The translations under genes were made by a program, and so were the position numbers. The notes below the pieces were generated by a model that searched no databases, had not been told where the DNA came from, and saw only the letters and a program-made list of their open reading frames with translations. 64,000 bases of DNA from Malacoraja senta (taxonomy: Eukaryota). How positions within the stretch are numbered: the first letter of the stretch is position 1; each line of letters starts with the position of its first letter. Shown piece after piece: positions 38,281-50,190 of the stretch. Where the stretch lies: NCBI GenBank assembly GCA_038087875.1, contig CM075989.1:6138001-6202000 (forward strand). The letters run 5' to 3'.

Positions 38281-40061
38281 TAAGGAGGGGAACTGCAGTC
38301 ACAGTATTGTCACATTGTCTTGGTAAAAGACTCTGAGAGAGGGCAAGATCAAAGTGGAGATGCTCATTGGCACATATCCTGCTGCCATTGACTCCTTGAC
38401 ATCCATCATGAATAGTTTCTTGGCTACATTATATGAGCGCCATTGACTCTCATGGATTGAAGCCAAAACTGTGCTAACATCCTCCAAAGGAGAGGAGTAG
38501 AAAGGGGATGGAGTGAAAAGAATTTTGAAACTGTACCACAGCTCAATTCAAATGCTCTACAATAATCGTGAGCGGATAAAGTAGCTTCTGCATTGAGCTC
38601 ACAGATGTGAGTGCATCACCAGCGCTCCTGAATAGATCCAGTGGAAGGAGTTGTCCTAGCAACCGGCCTTGGTGAAGCAGCCAAGCCTGCATTGTGGCTG
38701 TGTGGTGTCATGTGTGTGTGGTGGCGTGCCAAAACTTCAGGGTGATGGGGGCGGCGTGGTGGTGCAGCGGCAGAGTTGCTGCCTCACAGCTCCAGAGAAC
38801 CGGGTTCAATCCTGACTACGGGTGCTGACTGTATGGAGTTTGTACGTTTTCCCCATGACCTGCGTGGGTTTTCTCTGGTGCTCCAGTTTCCCCCCACACT
38901 CCAAAGATGTACAGGTGTGTAGGTTGTGTCGGATAGAGCTGGTGCACAGGGGTTGCTGGTCGACGCGGACTTGATGGGCCGAAGGGCCTGTTTTCCGTGA
39001 TGTATCGCTAAAATCTAAAATCTAAAGTGCAGGGGAGTTAGGCAGTGCCCTGGGGCCAATATTTATCTCAGAACCAGCATCTCCTAAAGAGATTATAGGT
39101 TAAATGGCTTGGTATAATTGTAAATTGTCCTGAGTGTATGTAGAATAGTGAAAGTGTGTGGGGACTGCTAATCAGCATGGGCTTGGTGGGTCGAAGGGCC
39201 TGTTTCTGCGTTGTATCTCTTATCTAAACTAAACTAAACTAAACTAGGTTGCCATGGAGCTGCTGAAAGTTGAGACTAAACTCTGGGACACTGTTACAAT
39301 CAATCAGAGAGCGGAAGAAAATATAAAGACAATAATAGAATTGTGGCCTAGAAATTGCCTGATGGATTGGCACGGTGGCGCAGCGGTAGAGTTGCTGCCT
39401 TACAGTGCCAGAGACCCGGGTTCGATCCTGACTACGGGTGCTGTCTGTACGGAGGTTATACGTGCTCCCCGTGACCTGCGTCTTCTCCAGAGATGCCGCC
39501 TGACCTGCTGTGTTACTCCAGCACTTTGTGGGGTTTTTTTTGTAAACCTACATCTCCAGTTCCTTGTTACTACAATTGTATCGGCATGCTGTACTCTGGA
39601 GTGCATCAAAGTTCCAAGGCATCTGCTGACAATGCCAAGAAGCACATTTATCTACTTGGCAGTGAATTTCTAGGCAGGCATATCTAAAAAAAATTTTTTT
39701 TGTTGACTGATGATGAAATAAATCAGATCTGAGGGACAAAGTACTGCGAGACTCACAGTCAAGAACCACGCTATTAGATTTAGAAAAGACCACTCACCGT
39801 CTGATTTGCAGAGGAAGACGAGCCACAGTGTGGTCGGCTAAACTTGACAACCAATGTTGGAGTAACTCAGTGGGTCAGGCAGCATCTCTGGAGAAAAGTA
39901 ACGGGTGACATTTCAGGTCGAGACCCTTCTTCAGCCACCCGAAACGTCACCTATTCCTTTTCTCCAGAGATGCTGCCTGACCCGCCGAGCTACTCCAGCA
40001 TTTTGTGTCTATCTTCGCTTTAAACCAGCATCTGCAGTTCCTTCCTGCACACCAATCGTGA

Positions 40062-40383
40062 AAGCCCTGTCCCACGGTACGAGTTCATTCCAAGAGTTCT
40101 CCCGAGTTTGCCCTGATTCGAACTCGGAGATTTACGGTAATGGCCGTAAATCGGTACTCGGGGCTCTCGTGGACATTTTTCAACATGTTGAAAAATCTTC
40201 ACGAGTCTTCCCGTGCTTACCTGCCGTTAGCGAGTCTTCCCGAGCACCTGCCGTTAGCGCTAAGAAACGTCCCCGAGCTCCGACGTACCCGCTACGTTCA
40301 TTCTCCGTGCTTACCAGGAGTTTGATTTTTTTTTTAAACTCGGAAGAGCTCTTGGAATGAACTCGTACCGTGGGACAGGGCTT
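40062..40383. mobile_element. Harbinger-type MITE, family D
   Basis: Perfect 35-bp TIR AAGCCCTGTCCCACGGTACGAGTTCATTCCAAGAG; TGA TSD 40059-61 / 40384-86. Confidence 0.9.
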
Positions 40384-42064
40384 TGAGAAGATTCAAGATT
40401 CAAGAGAGTTTATTGTCATGTGTCCCAGATAGGACAATGAAATTCTTGCTTTGCTTCAGCACAACAGAATTATAGAAGGCATAGAAGGCAAGGCAATTGG
40501 GCTGGGGAGGGGGGGAGGGGGGGAGGGGGGGGGGAGGGGGGGAGGGGGGGAGGGGGGAGGGGGGAGGGGAGGACAATTAGAAATAGTTCATGTGACAATA
40601 GCTTTGGGGGAAATCCAAAGCAGACTTGGCAACACCTTGCGCACATTGCAAATTCACAACACTTGCGCACTTTCTGAAGCCAGCTTCCCATAATCGCCGA
40701 AGAGGTATCGATTACAAGCTGCCGCTCGTGCTGAGGGGACTTGTGAGCGTCAGCACAGATCGGCTTTCCCTTAAACTAGGCCACGAGGAAGTGTGAGAAT
40801 CAGTATGAAATATCATCTCAGTGTTAATGGGGATCAAGTCACTTCATGTCCTGCCTGCTGTAGAGGCGGGAGAGGGGCACAGCAGAACAAGCTGGGGACA
40901 AGCTGCATCCTACTGCAACCAGAGAGCAGTGCTGAACTACTATCTACCTCTCTGGTGACCCTCGGACGATCCTTGACCGGGCTTTGCAGGCTTTACCATG
41001 CATTAAACGTTATTCACTTATCATGTGCCGAAGCACCTTTCAAAATCCTCTGTGCTTCTTTCACTGCAAAGCCCAACGATCCTTCTCTTTCTGGAGGTAG
41101 ACAAAATGCCGGTGAAACTCAGCGGGTGAGGCAGCATCTATGGAGCGAAGGAATGGGTAACGCTTCGGGTCGAGACCCTTCTTCAGGAACCCATTCCTTC
41201 ACTCCATAGATGCTGCTTCAGCCCGCTGAGATTCTCCTGCATTTTTGTCTACCTTCGATTGTTCCAACATCTGCAGTTCCTTCTTAAACACTTCTCTCTC
41301 TGGTGATGAGCATTGCAAACAAGTGGGACTCACACAACACGAGAGCTTGGAAGGCAGCCAACAATGAGGCAACAGATGCCAACTCCATCTGCGCTGCAAT
41401 CTCCTTGTCACTCAATCATCTAGTCCCACTGCATCTCCTGACATTTTCAGACATTTTTTTCCCAAACTGTTTCTCTTTGTTTCTCCGCAAGTGAACTTTA
41501 GCAATTTCTCTAGCATTTCTCTCCAATGGATCGCACCCCACCCTTTAACAACTTGTCCAGTTAGTCACCCTCCCTGCCAATCTTGACCCAAAGGCAATTG
41601 GCTTGTGTCTAATCCACGGCCCTGCCTACTTACGGTCATGCAGGCAAAACTGAAATACTGTTGAAAGTCTGCACGGTGGTGCAGCGGTAGAGTTGCTGCC
41701 TCACAGCGCCAGTGACCCGGGTTCGATCCTGACTACGGGTGCTGTCTGTACGGAGTTTGTACTTTCTTCCCCTGATCTCGTGGGTTTTCCCCGGGTGCTC
41801 CGGTTTCCTCACACGCTCCGAGGACGTAGGTTAACTTGGCTTCGTTAGAAATGATAAATTGTTGCCAGTGTGTAGGATGGTGTTAGTGTACAGGGGTCGC
41901 TGGTCGACGCAGACTTGGTGGGCCAAAGTGCCGGTTTCCGCGTTGTATCTCTAAACTAAACTCAACTAAATGAAACTAAAAATGCTGGATCGCTGGTTTG
42001 TGCGGACTTGGTGGGCCGAAGGACCTGTATCCACGCTGTATAAGTCTAAAAGTATTAAAAAATG

Positions 42065-42610
42065 ACTGATAGAGAGCATCCTCACCACAGGCATCACGGT
42101 GTGGTATGGAAACACCACACAGACAGAGAGGAAGGCTCTGCAAAGAGTCATAAAGACCGCAGAGAGGATTATCAGAACGGAACTTCCCTCCATGGAAACA
42201 ATCTACACACAGCGCTGTCAAAAAAGAGCAGAGAGAATCATCAGAGACACACTACATCCAGCTCACTCCCTGCTCAAACACAAAAACTACACATACAACC
42301 TCAGGCACAGACGAGCGGACAGCATCGCCACAAACAGAACACGCTTTTTCAAGAGCTTCTTCCCTGCCACAGTGAGACTCTTGGCCAAAACAAAATGAAC
42401 TGATGTCCTGATCCACCTCATAACATATAGGGTTTCAGGCACTTTCTTTTATATTTCTAGAGAAGTATATGTTTTATAGATTATGTGTTTTTCTGTGTGT
42501 CTTTTTAACTCGACTTGACTTGACTCTCTGAACAACCGCACAAGAGTTCCTATGTGTGTAAGCACAAATGGCAAATAAAGTTTTTGATTTGATTTGATTG
42601 ATTTGATTTG
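42065..42610 (+). pseudogene. Rex1/Babar-like LINE ORF C-terminus and 3'UTR
   Basis: IESILT.GITVWYGN....RKALQRVIKTAERII...LPS...IY..RC..RA..II.D..HPAH.L...T.RTRF.KSFFP..VRLL; (GATTT)n tail. Confidence 0.88.
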
Positions 42611-44988
42611 GGTGTAAATAACGAAGAGAATTGGTGACTAGAGACAGAAAACTCATCATGCTAGACTTCACCCTGATGTACATCTCCATAAAGTTCTTTC
42701 AATAAGCGAACCACATCTGCCAGTGCATCCCCTCCAGTAGTCCTGTCACTGGAGCCCAAGACATGAACTTTTTCACTTTGATTTTCTTTCCCTTCTTAGG
42801 TTACAGCTCGGTATTTTAAACTGGAAGAGCTTATAACATCAAACGTAGCATTCAGCTATCTTAACAATCTTTATCCCATGTAATAACTAGGAACTACAGA
42901 TGTTGGTAGCAGCAAGAAAGGCACAAAATGCTTAATTAACTCAGCGGGTCAGGCAGCATCTCTGGAGAACATCTCTGGTGATGTTTCGAGTTGGGATCCT
43001 TCTTCAGGCTGATAGTGGGGGGGGGGGGGGGGGTAAAGAAAGCTGGAAGAGAGGAAGGGCTAGTAATAGGTGTACACAGGTGATGGGGTTTATCATTATC
43101 CCCAGGCGGCTAAGTGGCGCAGCATTAGAGTTGCTGCCTTACAGCGGCAGAGTCATAGGTTCGATCCTGACCATGGGTGCTGTCTGTACATCGTTTTGTA
43201 CATTCTCCTTGTGACCACGTGGGTTTTCCCCGGGTGCTCCGGTTTCCTCCCACATTGCAAAGAAGTGCAGGTTTGTAGGTTAATTTGCTTCTGTAGATTG
43301 TCCCCCAGTGTGTAGGATAGAACAAGTGTGTGGGGTGATCGCTGGTCGGCACGGACTCAGTGGGCCGAACGGTCTGTTTCCAAGCTGTATCTCTACACTA
43401 AATTAAACTAAACTTATTCCATCTTTGGCTGTAATGTAGCTTTGACACTGGTTTGCATTTTATTAACAGTCATTGGATGAAGTAAATTGAACAGCAGGCC
43501 ACATCCTGTGCCATTTAAGATATTTCGGGACATCAGTACAGAGTTCTCCTGCCTCCGGTCTCTGGTTTCCTCCCACACTCCAAAGACGCACAGCTTTGTA
43601 GGTTACTTGGCTTGGTATCAAGGTAAAAATGGTCCCAAGTGTGTGTAGGATAATGTGTGGGGATCGCTGGTCGGAGTGGTCTCGGTGGCCCAAAGGGCCT
43701 GTTTCTGTGCTGTATCTCTGAACTAATTGAATTGAATACTTTATCGTCAGATGTGACAAATCACAGTTGAAATTATTTGCTTGCGTACCCAAGATATGCA
43801 AATAGTCACCACATACGTAAAGGATGCTGGCAAACTTACAAAGCATCCCCCGCCAGGTCCACCCTTGTTCCCCCACCCCTCCCCTCCCCCCCTTCTCCTC
43901 CCCCCCTTCCACCACCTCCCCCCCATGCCAGGTCTACCATTGTTGCCCCCCCCTCCCCTCCCCTCGCCTTCCCTCCCCCCCCCTTGCCAGGTCCTCGTAC
44001 TAAAGGACAGAGTTCAGTCTGCCATTCGAGCTTTGTTGGAAAGTTTAAAAGGAAGAATTGGTGCCAGTGCATTGGAAGATGATCTGGGATAAAATGTAAC
44101 AGGATGCCAGGATTACGGAGCAGGAATACTGGAGTGGCCCAATTCTTCTGACTGGACTGTATCTGTGCTCTAAGTAATTCTGCTTAATTGAGATGATCGT
44201 ACATAGATTACATTTGAATAAACAAACATCTTGCAGTAACATTTGGGAATTCTCTCCGACAGCGGAGGCTCAATGTTAGTGTGATGATATACTGGTGTAC
44301 GGCCCTTTCTCACACAATTAATCAATTAGTCCACGTCTTCCCCATTAGTCCGTTAATTGTTGCGTCTGCAGAGATGGGATTTGATGTCCTGCCAATTTCA
44401 TTGCCAAAGTATTTCTTGAATAGTTGCCAATACTGCCCAGAGTTCCCTAGTTTAGTTTAGTTTAGAGATACAGCGCAGAAACAGGCCCTTTGGCCCACCG
44501 AGTCCGCACCGACCAGTGATCCCCGCACATTAACACTATCCTACACGCACTGAGGACAATTTACACTTACACCAAGCCAATTAACCTACAAACTTGTACG
44601 CCTTTGCAGTGTGGGAGGAAAACGAAGATCTCGGAGAAAACCCAAGCGGTCACGTACAGACTCCATACAGACAGCAGCCATAGTTGGGATTGAACCCGGG
44701 TCTACCGCTGCGCCACCGTGGCTGCCCACTTAGGGAGACCATTACCTTTGTGTTAGTCTGTGCATCAAACACTCAGGATATATATTCTGGGATCTATCCT
44801 AATATCCTAACCCAGCCAAATGCCACATGGTCCATGATTGGGAAACTGCCTTCTTAATCTTTCCAGATTCTCTTTTGTTTAACAGTTGTATCTTCCAAAC
44901 ACAAATAGCTGGAGTAACACAGCGGGTCAGGCAGCATGTCTGGAGAGAAGGAATAGGTGACGTTTCGTGTCTAAAGCCATAACGTTAA

Positions 44989-45234
44989 AGGTCCTGTCCC
45001 ACTTGGGCGTCATTTACGCGTAATTTACGTGACATCATTTATGCGTCACGACGCACGACGCGCGCATTGTGCCACGCATGTGATGCGCGCATGGTGCGCA
45101 TTACGCCCGCATGGTGTGTGGTGACGTAGGCAGTGATGCACGGCCGCGCGCGGCGCCCCAGGATTTTGTGATGTACAAAATCTTCACGCGCCTTCTGCGT
45201 GACGCGCAAATGACGCCCAAGTGGGACAGGTCCT
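44989..45234. mobile_element. Harbinger-type MITE, family A
   Basis: TIR AGG(T/A)CCTGTCCCACTTGGGCGTCATTT; TAA TSD 44986-88 / 45235-37. Confidence 0.88.
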
Positions 45235-45888
45235 TAAGACTCAGGGACAGTTTCTTCCCAGCTGTTATCAGGCAACGGAACCAACTTACCAACAACTAGA
45301 GAGCAGTCCTCAGCTGCATCTACCTCTGAGGCACTCAGATTATCTTCAATCGGACTCTTCTGGACTCTATCTTGCACCAAATGTTATTTCCAATTAATCA
45401 AGCCAATTAACGTACAAACCTGTACGTCTTTGGAGTGTGGGAGGAAACCGAAGATCTCGGAGAAAACCCACGCATTTCCTTTCTCATGTATCTGTGCACT
45501 GCGGGCAGCTTGACTGTAATCATGTCCAGTCTTTCTAATGACTAGCTAGCAGGTAACAGAAAAGCTTTTCACTGTACCTCAGTACACATGACAATAAACC
45601 AAACTAAACTAGATTTAAGAAGGTTATAAAGAGATGCCTAAATAAGATCAAACAATTATGCTCCAATTTTTAAAAAAATTGTTAAAAGATTATTCTGCTG
45701 TTCAGTGAATCTGTACCAAGAAGATTATTATCTGAGATTAGTACAAGAAGCTTAAAGAAATAAGTCAAAGGGAAAATCTTCTTGCAAAAGATTATATGGG
45801 GGAGAAATGAATGTTTAGTGAAGATACATAAGCCAATCATTTAATGGTGTTTTAACTCCAAATGTGTAGGGAGGAACTGCAGATGCTG

Positions 45889-46566
45889 TTTTTTTTGTTT
45901 TTTTTAAAATTATTTTTATTAGAAGTATGGTAAATTACAGTAATACACAACACTTATATCTTAATACATTCTTTATACCGCTTCATTTTTTTAAGCTTTA
46001 AGAGAAAGATAGAAGTAAGAAAAGTAAAGAAAGTGCGCAAGAGTCGTGAGGTGCAAGAGAGTGTTGTGAAAAGAAAGGCCCCTTAGAAAAGAAGTTAGAG
46101 AAGGAAGTAAAGTAAGAAAGTAGATCCTAGAAAAGAAAGAAAAAGAAAGTAGGAACAATCGCAGAAAGGGAACCACCAACCAAGTCTGTTTTTATTGTTT
46201 TACCTCCCATTACCAGGTCCTGATACCATTTCTTTATTTATTTATTTTTTAAATTACTATTGCACCTCATGCTTGTAATAGGTCCAAAAAAGTAGACTAC
46301 GTCTTTTGGAATTGGTCTGCTTTCCCTGCTAAGAGGAATCTCATCTCTTCCAGATGTAATGTTTCCAACATATTTGATGTCCACATTTTTATTGTTGGTG
46401 TGGGCGCATTTTTCCAGAATTTAAGTATAAGCCTTTTTCCCATTATTAGCCCGTAATTGAATAAGTTCTTCTGATACACGTTTAATTCAGGGATACCTTC
46501 CGATATTCCAAAAATGATCCATTCTGGTTTTGGTACCAGTTTTATTTTTTATTATTTTTTTTTTTT
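45889..46566 (-). mobile_element. L1-clade LINE 3' end inserted into a PLE-terminus arm
   Basis: FGI.....YGLIMGKRLILKFWK...PT...W.......LHLE..RF......QF.K matches the L1 ORF2 end; poly(T) at 45889; tgctg on both sides. Confidence 0.8.
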
Positions 46567-46734
46567 TGCTGGTTTAAACTGAAGATAGACACAAAATGTT
46601 GGAGTAACTCAGCGGGACAGGCAGCATCTCTGGAGAGAAGGAATGGGTGACATTTCAGGTCAAGACCCTTCTTCAGACTCGGATGCTGGTTTATATTGAA
46701 GAGTGGCACAAGTGCTGGGGTAACTCAGTGAATC

Positions 46735-46787
46735 AGGGAGTAACTAGTGGGTCAGGGAGTAACTAGTGGGTCAGGGAGTAACTAGTA
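46735..46787. repeat. 19-bp tandem repeat (gggagtaactagtgggtca) derived from the PLE arm; recurs at 47095-47125
   Basis: Seen directly; unit resembles ggagtaactcagcgggtca. Confidence 0.8.
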
Positions 46788-47346
46788 CCCCATAGTAGTA
46801 ACAGGGGGGTCAAGGTGGCACAGCGGTAGAGTTGCTGCCTTACAGCAAAATGGCAGCACCAGAGACCCGGGTTCGATCCCGACTATGGGTGCTGTCTGTA
46901 TGGAGTTTGTACGTTCTCCCCGTGATCTGCGTGGGTTTTCTCCGAGATCTTCGGTTTCCTCCCACACTCCAAAGACGTACAGGTTTGTACGTTAATTGGC
47001 TTGATTAATTGGCTTGATAAAAATGTTAAATTGTCCAAGTTGGCGATATGCAGAGTACTGCCCTGCCAACTACAAAATTCAGAAGGTTCAGCAGGTAGTG
47101 GGTCAGGGAGTAACTAGTGGGTCAGATAGCGTCTCTGGAGACAAAAGAATGGGTGAAGTACTCGAAACGCCACCTATCCTTTTTCTCCAGAGATGCTGCC
47201 TGACCCGTTGAGTTACTCCAGCACGTTGTGTCTGTCTGGGACATGTATGTACCAGCTGGGCTCTCTGGGATCCCTGTCAAAACCTATTCCCAGCAATCAC
47301 TTATTATTTACAGCCACCTGCACACTGAAAAACAGTTGAATATTGG

Positions 47347-47646
47347 GCAGCATGGTGGCACAGCGGTAGAGTTGCCCCCTTAAAGCGCCAGAGACCCGGG
47401 TTTGATCCTGACTACGGGTGCTGTCTGTACGGAGTTTGTACGTTCTCCCTGTGACAGTGTTGGTTTTCTCCGGATGCTCTGGTTTCCTCCCACACTCCAA
47501 AGTTTGTAGGTTAATTGGCTTAGTATAAATGTAAATTGTTCCTAGTGTGTGTAGGATAGTGTTAGTGTATGAGGATCGCTGGTCGACACGGACTCGGTGG
47601 GCCGAAGGGCCTGTTTCTGCTCTGTATCTCTAAAAACTAAACTAAA
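47347..47646 (+). mobile_element. Full-length HE1-type V-SINE
   Basis: A and B boxes, V-domain, (CTAAA)n tail. Confidence 0.88.
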
Positions 47647-48128
47647 TCAGGGGATATGGATGCCACGTCCCAAAGTTCGAGGGCATCTAGGGAAGGGTAC
47701 GGGAGCCTTGGGTTCATCAGAATCCCAGCTCAAGTAGTGTTGTGTGCTTAGAGAAGGTCTCCTGCCCAAACCCAAAGCAACATTACACGAGCTTAGCACT
47801 GAGAGGCTTCATTTCCCTCCAGGGAAAAGGCCTCGATAGAGTGGATGTGGAGAGGATATTTCCACTAGTGGATGCAGAGGGCATAGCCTCACAATTGAAG
47901 GATGTACCTTTAGAATGGAGATGAAGAGGAATTTCCTGAGCCAGAGGGTGGTGAATCTGTGGAATTCATTGCCACAGACGCTGTGGAGGCCACGTCATTG
48001 GGCAATTTTAAAGCGGAGATTGCTAAGTTCTTGCTTAGCACGGGTGTCAAAAAGTTACGGGGATAAGGCAAGAGAACGGGGTTGAGAGGGAAAGATAGAT
48101 CAGCCATGATTGAATGGCGGAGTGGACT

Positions 48129-48315
48129 TCTTCTTCTGTCGTGTGTCTTTTAGACCTGCAGCTCCGTTGAGGCGAGCCAGGCCAACGTGTCATTGTCCAG
48201 GTCAATCAGACCTCGTTCACCATTCGGTGGCCGGTGTTTGGGGCAACTGGTGACTATGTGCTCCACTGTCTGTGTTGAGTCCCCACACTCGCAGGAGGTG
48301 CTGTCCACGAGGCCC
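48129..48315 (-). mobile_element. 5'-truncated Vingi/Ingi-like non-LTR element inserted in a CR1 3'UTR
   Basis: CECGDSTQTVEHIVTSCP.HRPP.G..GLIDLD.DT.AWL C-terminal CCHC, stop codon, very short UTR, (GAA)n tail; cggagtggact 48118-28 / 48316-26. Confidence 0.65.
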
Positions 48316-49127
48316 CGGAGTGGACTCAATGGGCCAAACGGCATAATTCTGCTCCTATAACTTATGACAAATAAATTGGCCATGATTGAATGGCAGAATG
48401 GAATCAATGGGCCGAATGGCCTAATTCTGCTCCTATGTCTTATGGAAGGTTTTGCTCAGTGGGGAAAACCAGAGTAAGCTCCCTGCTCAACACATCAGAG
48501 CTGTTCACAGCAATGGCATTCCCAACACAATCAGATGCCCTCGAAAGCTGCCAGGATAATCAATTGGACTAATGGTGTGGGAGTGGGAAATTAGCAGTTT
48601 AAATTTTAGCCCTCATTGCACCGAAGCTAAAATTCCCCTTATGGAAATAGAACCTGGGGTACTGGGGAAGACTGGAACAAAAGACAACATCACCGACAGT
48701 GTAGCTGTGCCTGAATGCCAGCATGAAGAGTCAGCTCAGAATTTATTGCTATCAAAGGGAACCAGCTTTCGAGCAGGATGCTGGGCCAAAACAGTGTGAT
48801 TTAATTGATGTAATGAGCCTGCTCATTCACTTCTGCATCAATGGTGGCTATGCTTTTAATAATTTCATCCCGAGCTAATGGTTTGTAGATTCAAATCCCA
48901 CTCCATGTAATTGATGGCAAAAAATCTGAACTGACAAGTCAATACAGCCCCACTGCACAGATGCAGATAGTGTCGTTTGGATGGTGGCCATCGAATGGCA
49001 CTGTTTCAAAGCTTTGGAAATGTCCTTAGACTGCCGCCGACAATTGTACTCCATAAACAGATTGTTTGGTCATGGTCATACTGCGGTTGGGTTGTTCGGC
49101 ATGATTTCGCTGCCTACTTCCAACATT

Positions 49128-49765
49128 GGGGATGATCAGCCATGATCACATTGAATGGCGGTGCTGGCTCGAAGGGCCGAATGGCCTACTCCTGCACCTA
49201 TTGTCTATTGTCTATTGCAGCAGAGACCAGGGATGTAATGCTGAGGCTTCATAAGGGACTTGTCAGACTGCGTGTTTGTAGTATTGTGAGCAATTTTGGG
49301 CCCTATATCTGAGGAAGACTGTGCTGTGTTGGAAAGGGTCCTAGCAGATTTACGAGAATGATCCCAGGAGTGAGTGGGTTAACAACATATGATGAGTGTT
49401 TGACGGCACTGGGCTTGTACTCGTTGGAGTTTAGAAGGATGAGGGGAGACCTCATTGAAATTTGCCGAATAGTGAAGGGCTTGATAGAGTGGATGTGGAG
49501 AAGATGTTTTACTAGTGGGAGAGTCTTGGACCAGAGGGCACAGCCTCAGAATAAAAGGATGGTCCTTTAGGAAGGAGATGAGGAGGAATCTCTTTAGTCA
49601 GAGATCTGTGGAATTCTTTGCCACAGACGGCTGTGAAGGCACAGTCAGTGGATATTTTTAAGGTAGTGATTCTCAGAGTCTTGATTAGCATGGGTGTCAG
49701 GGGTTATGGGGTGAAGGCAGGAGAATGGGGTTGAGAGGGAAAGATAGATCAGCCATGATTGAAGC
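49128..49765 (+). mobile_element. CR1 fragments: a tail followed by an ORF2 3' part
   Basis: MIPG..GL.Y.E.L..LGLYSLEFRRMRGDLIE. Confidence 0.85.
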
Positions 49766-50081
49766 AGCCATGAACTCCAGACTTACAGGTTTGTAGGTTA
49801 ATTGTCTTGGTATAATTGTAAGTTGTCCCTGTTGTGTGTGGGATAGTGTTAGTGTGCGGGGATCGCTGGTTGGCGCAGACTCGGTGGGCTGAAGGGCCTC
49901 TTTCCTCTAAACTCTAAACTAAATGATATTGTTTGTAGAGTACAATATTTACATTATCTGTTGTGCTGCTCCAAGTAAGAATGTCATTGTTCTGGGACAT
50001 ATGACAATAAAACGTTTTGATTCTTGAGACAGACTCTCAAGAGGCTCCTTCAAGAAGGTGGGAGCAGTTAAAGATGAAGCA

Positions 50082-50190
50082 GGGTTTGAAGCAGGGTCTG
50101 AAGAAGGGTTTCGGCCCGAAACGTTGCCTATTTCCTTTGATCCATAGATGCTGCCTCACCCGCTGAGTTTCTCCAGCATTTTTGTGTACC
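50082..50190 (+). mobile_element. Short PLE-terminus copy with an intact UUCG-loop hammerhead core and a 13-bp TSD
   Basis: taaagatgaagca 50069-81 / 50191-203; ctgaagaagggtttcggcccgaaacgtt 50098-50125. Confidence 0.85.

Noticed and set aside
38299..38487. 62-aa protein-like ORF on -
   Set aside because: No recognisable family and no clear splice sites
43990..44092. Terminal exon VLVLKDRVQSAIRALLESLK... after a pyrimidine tract
   Set aside because: The apparent acceptor is part of a C-rich repeat (gccaggtc occurs three times); no homologue recognised
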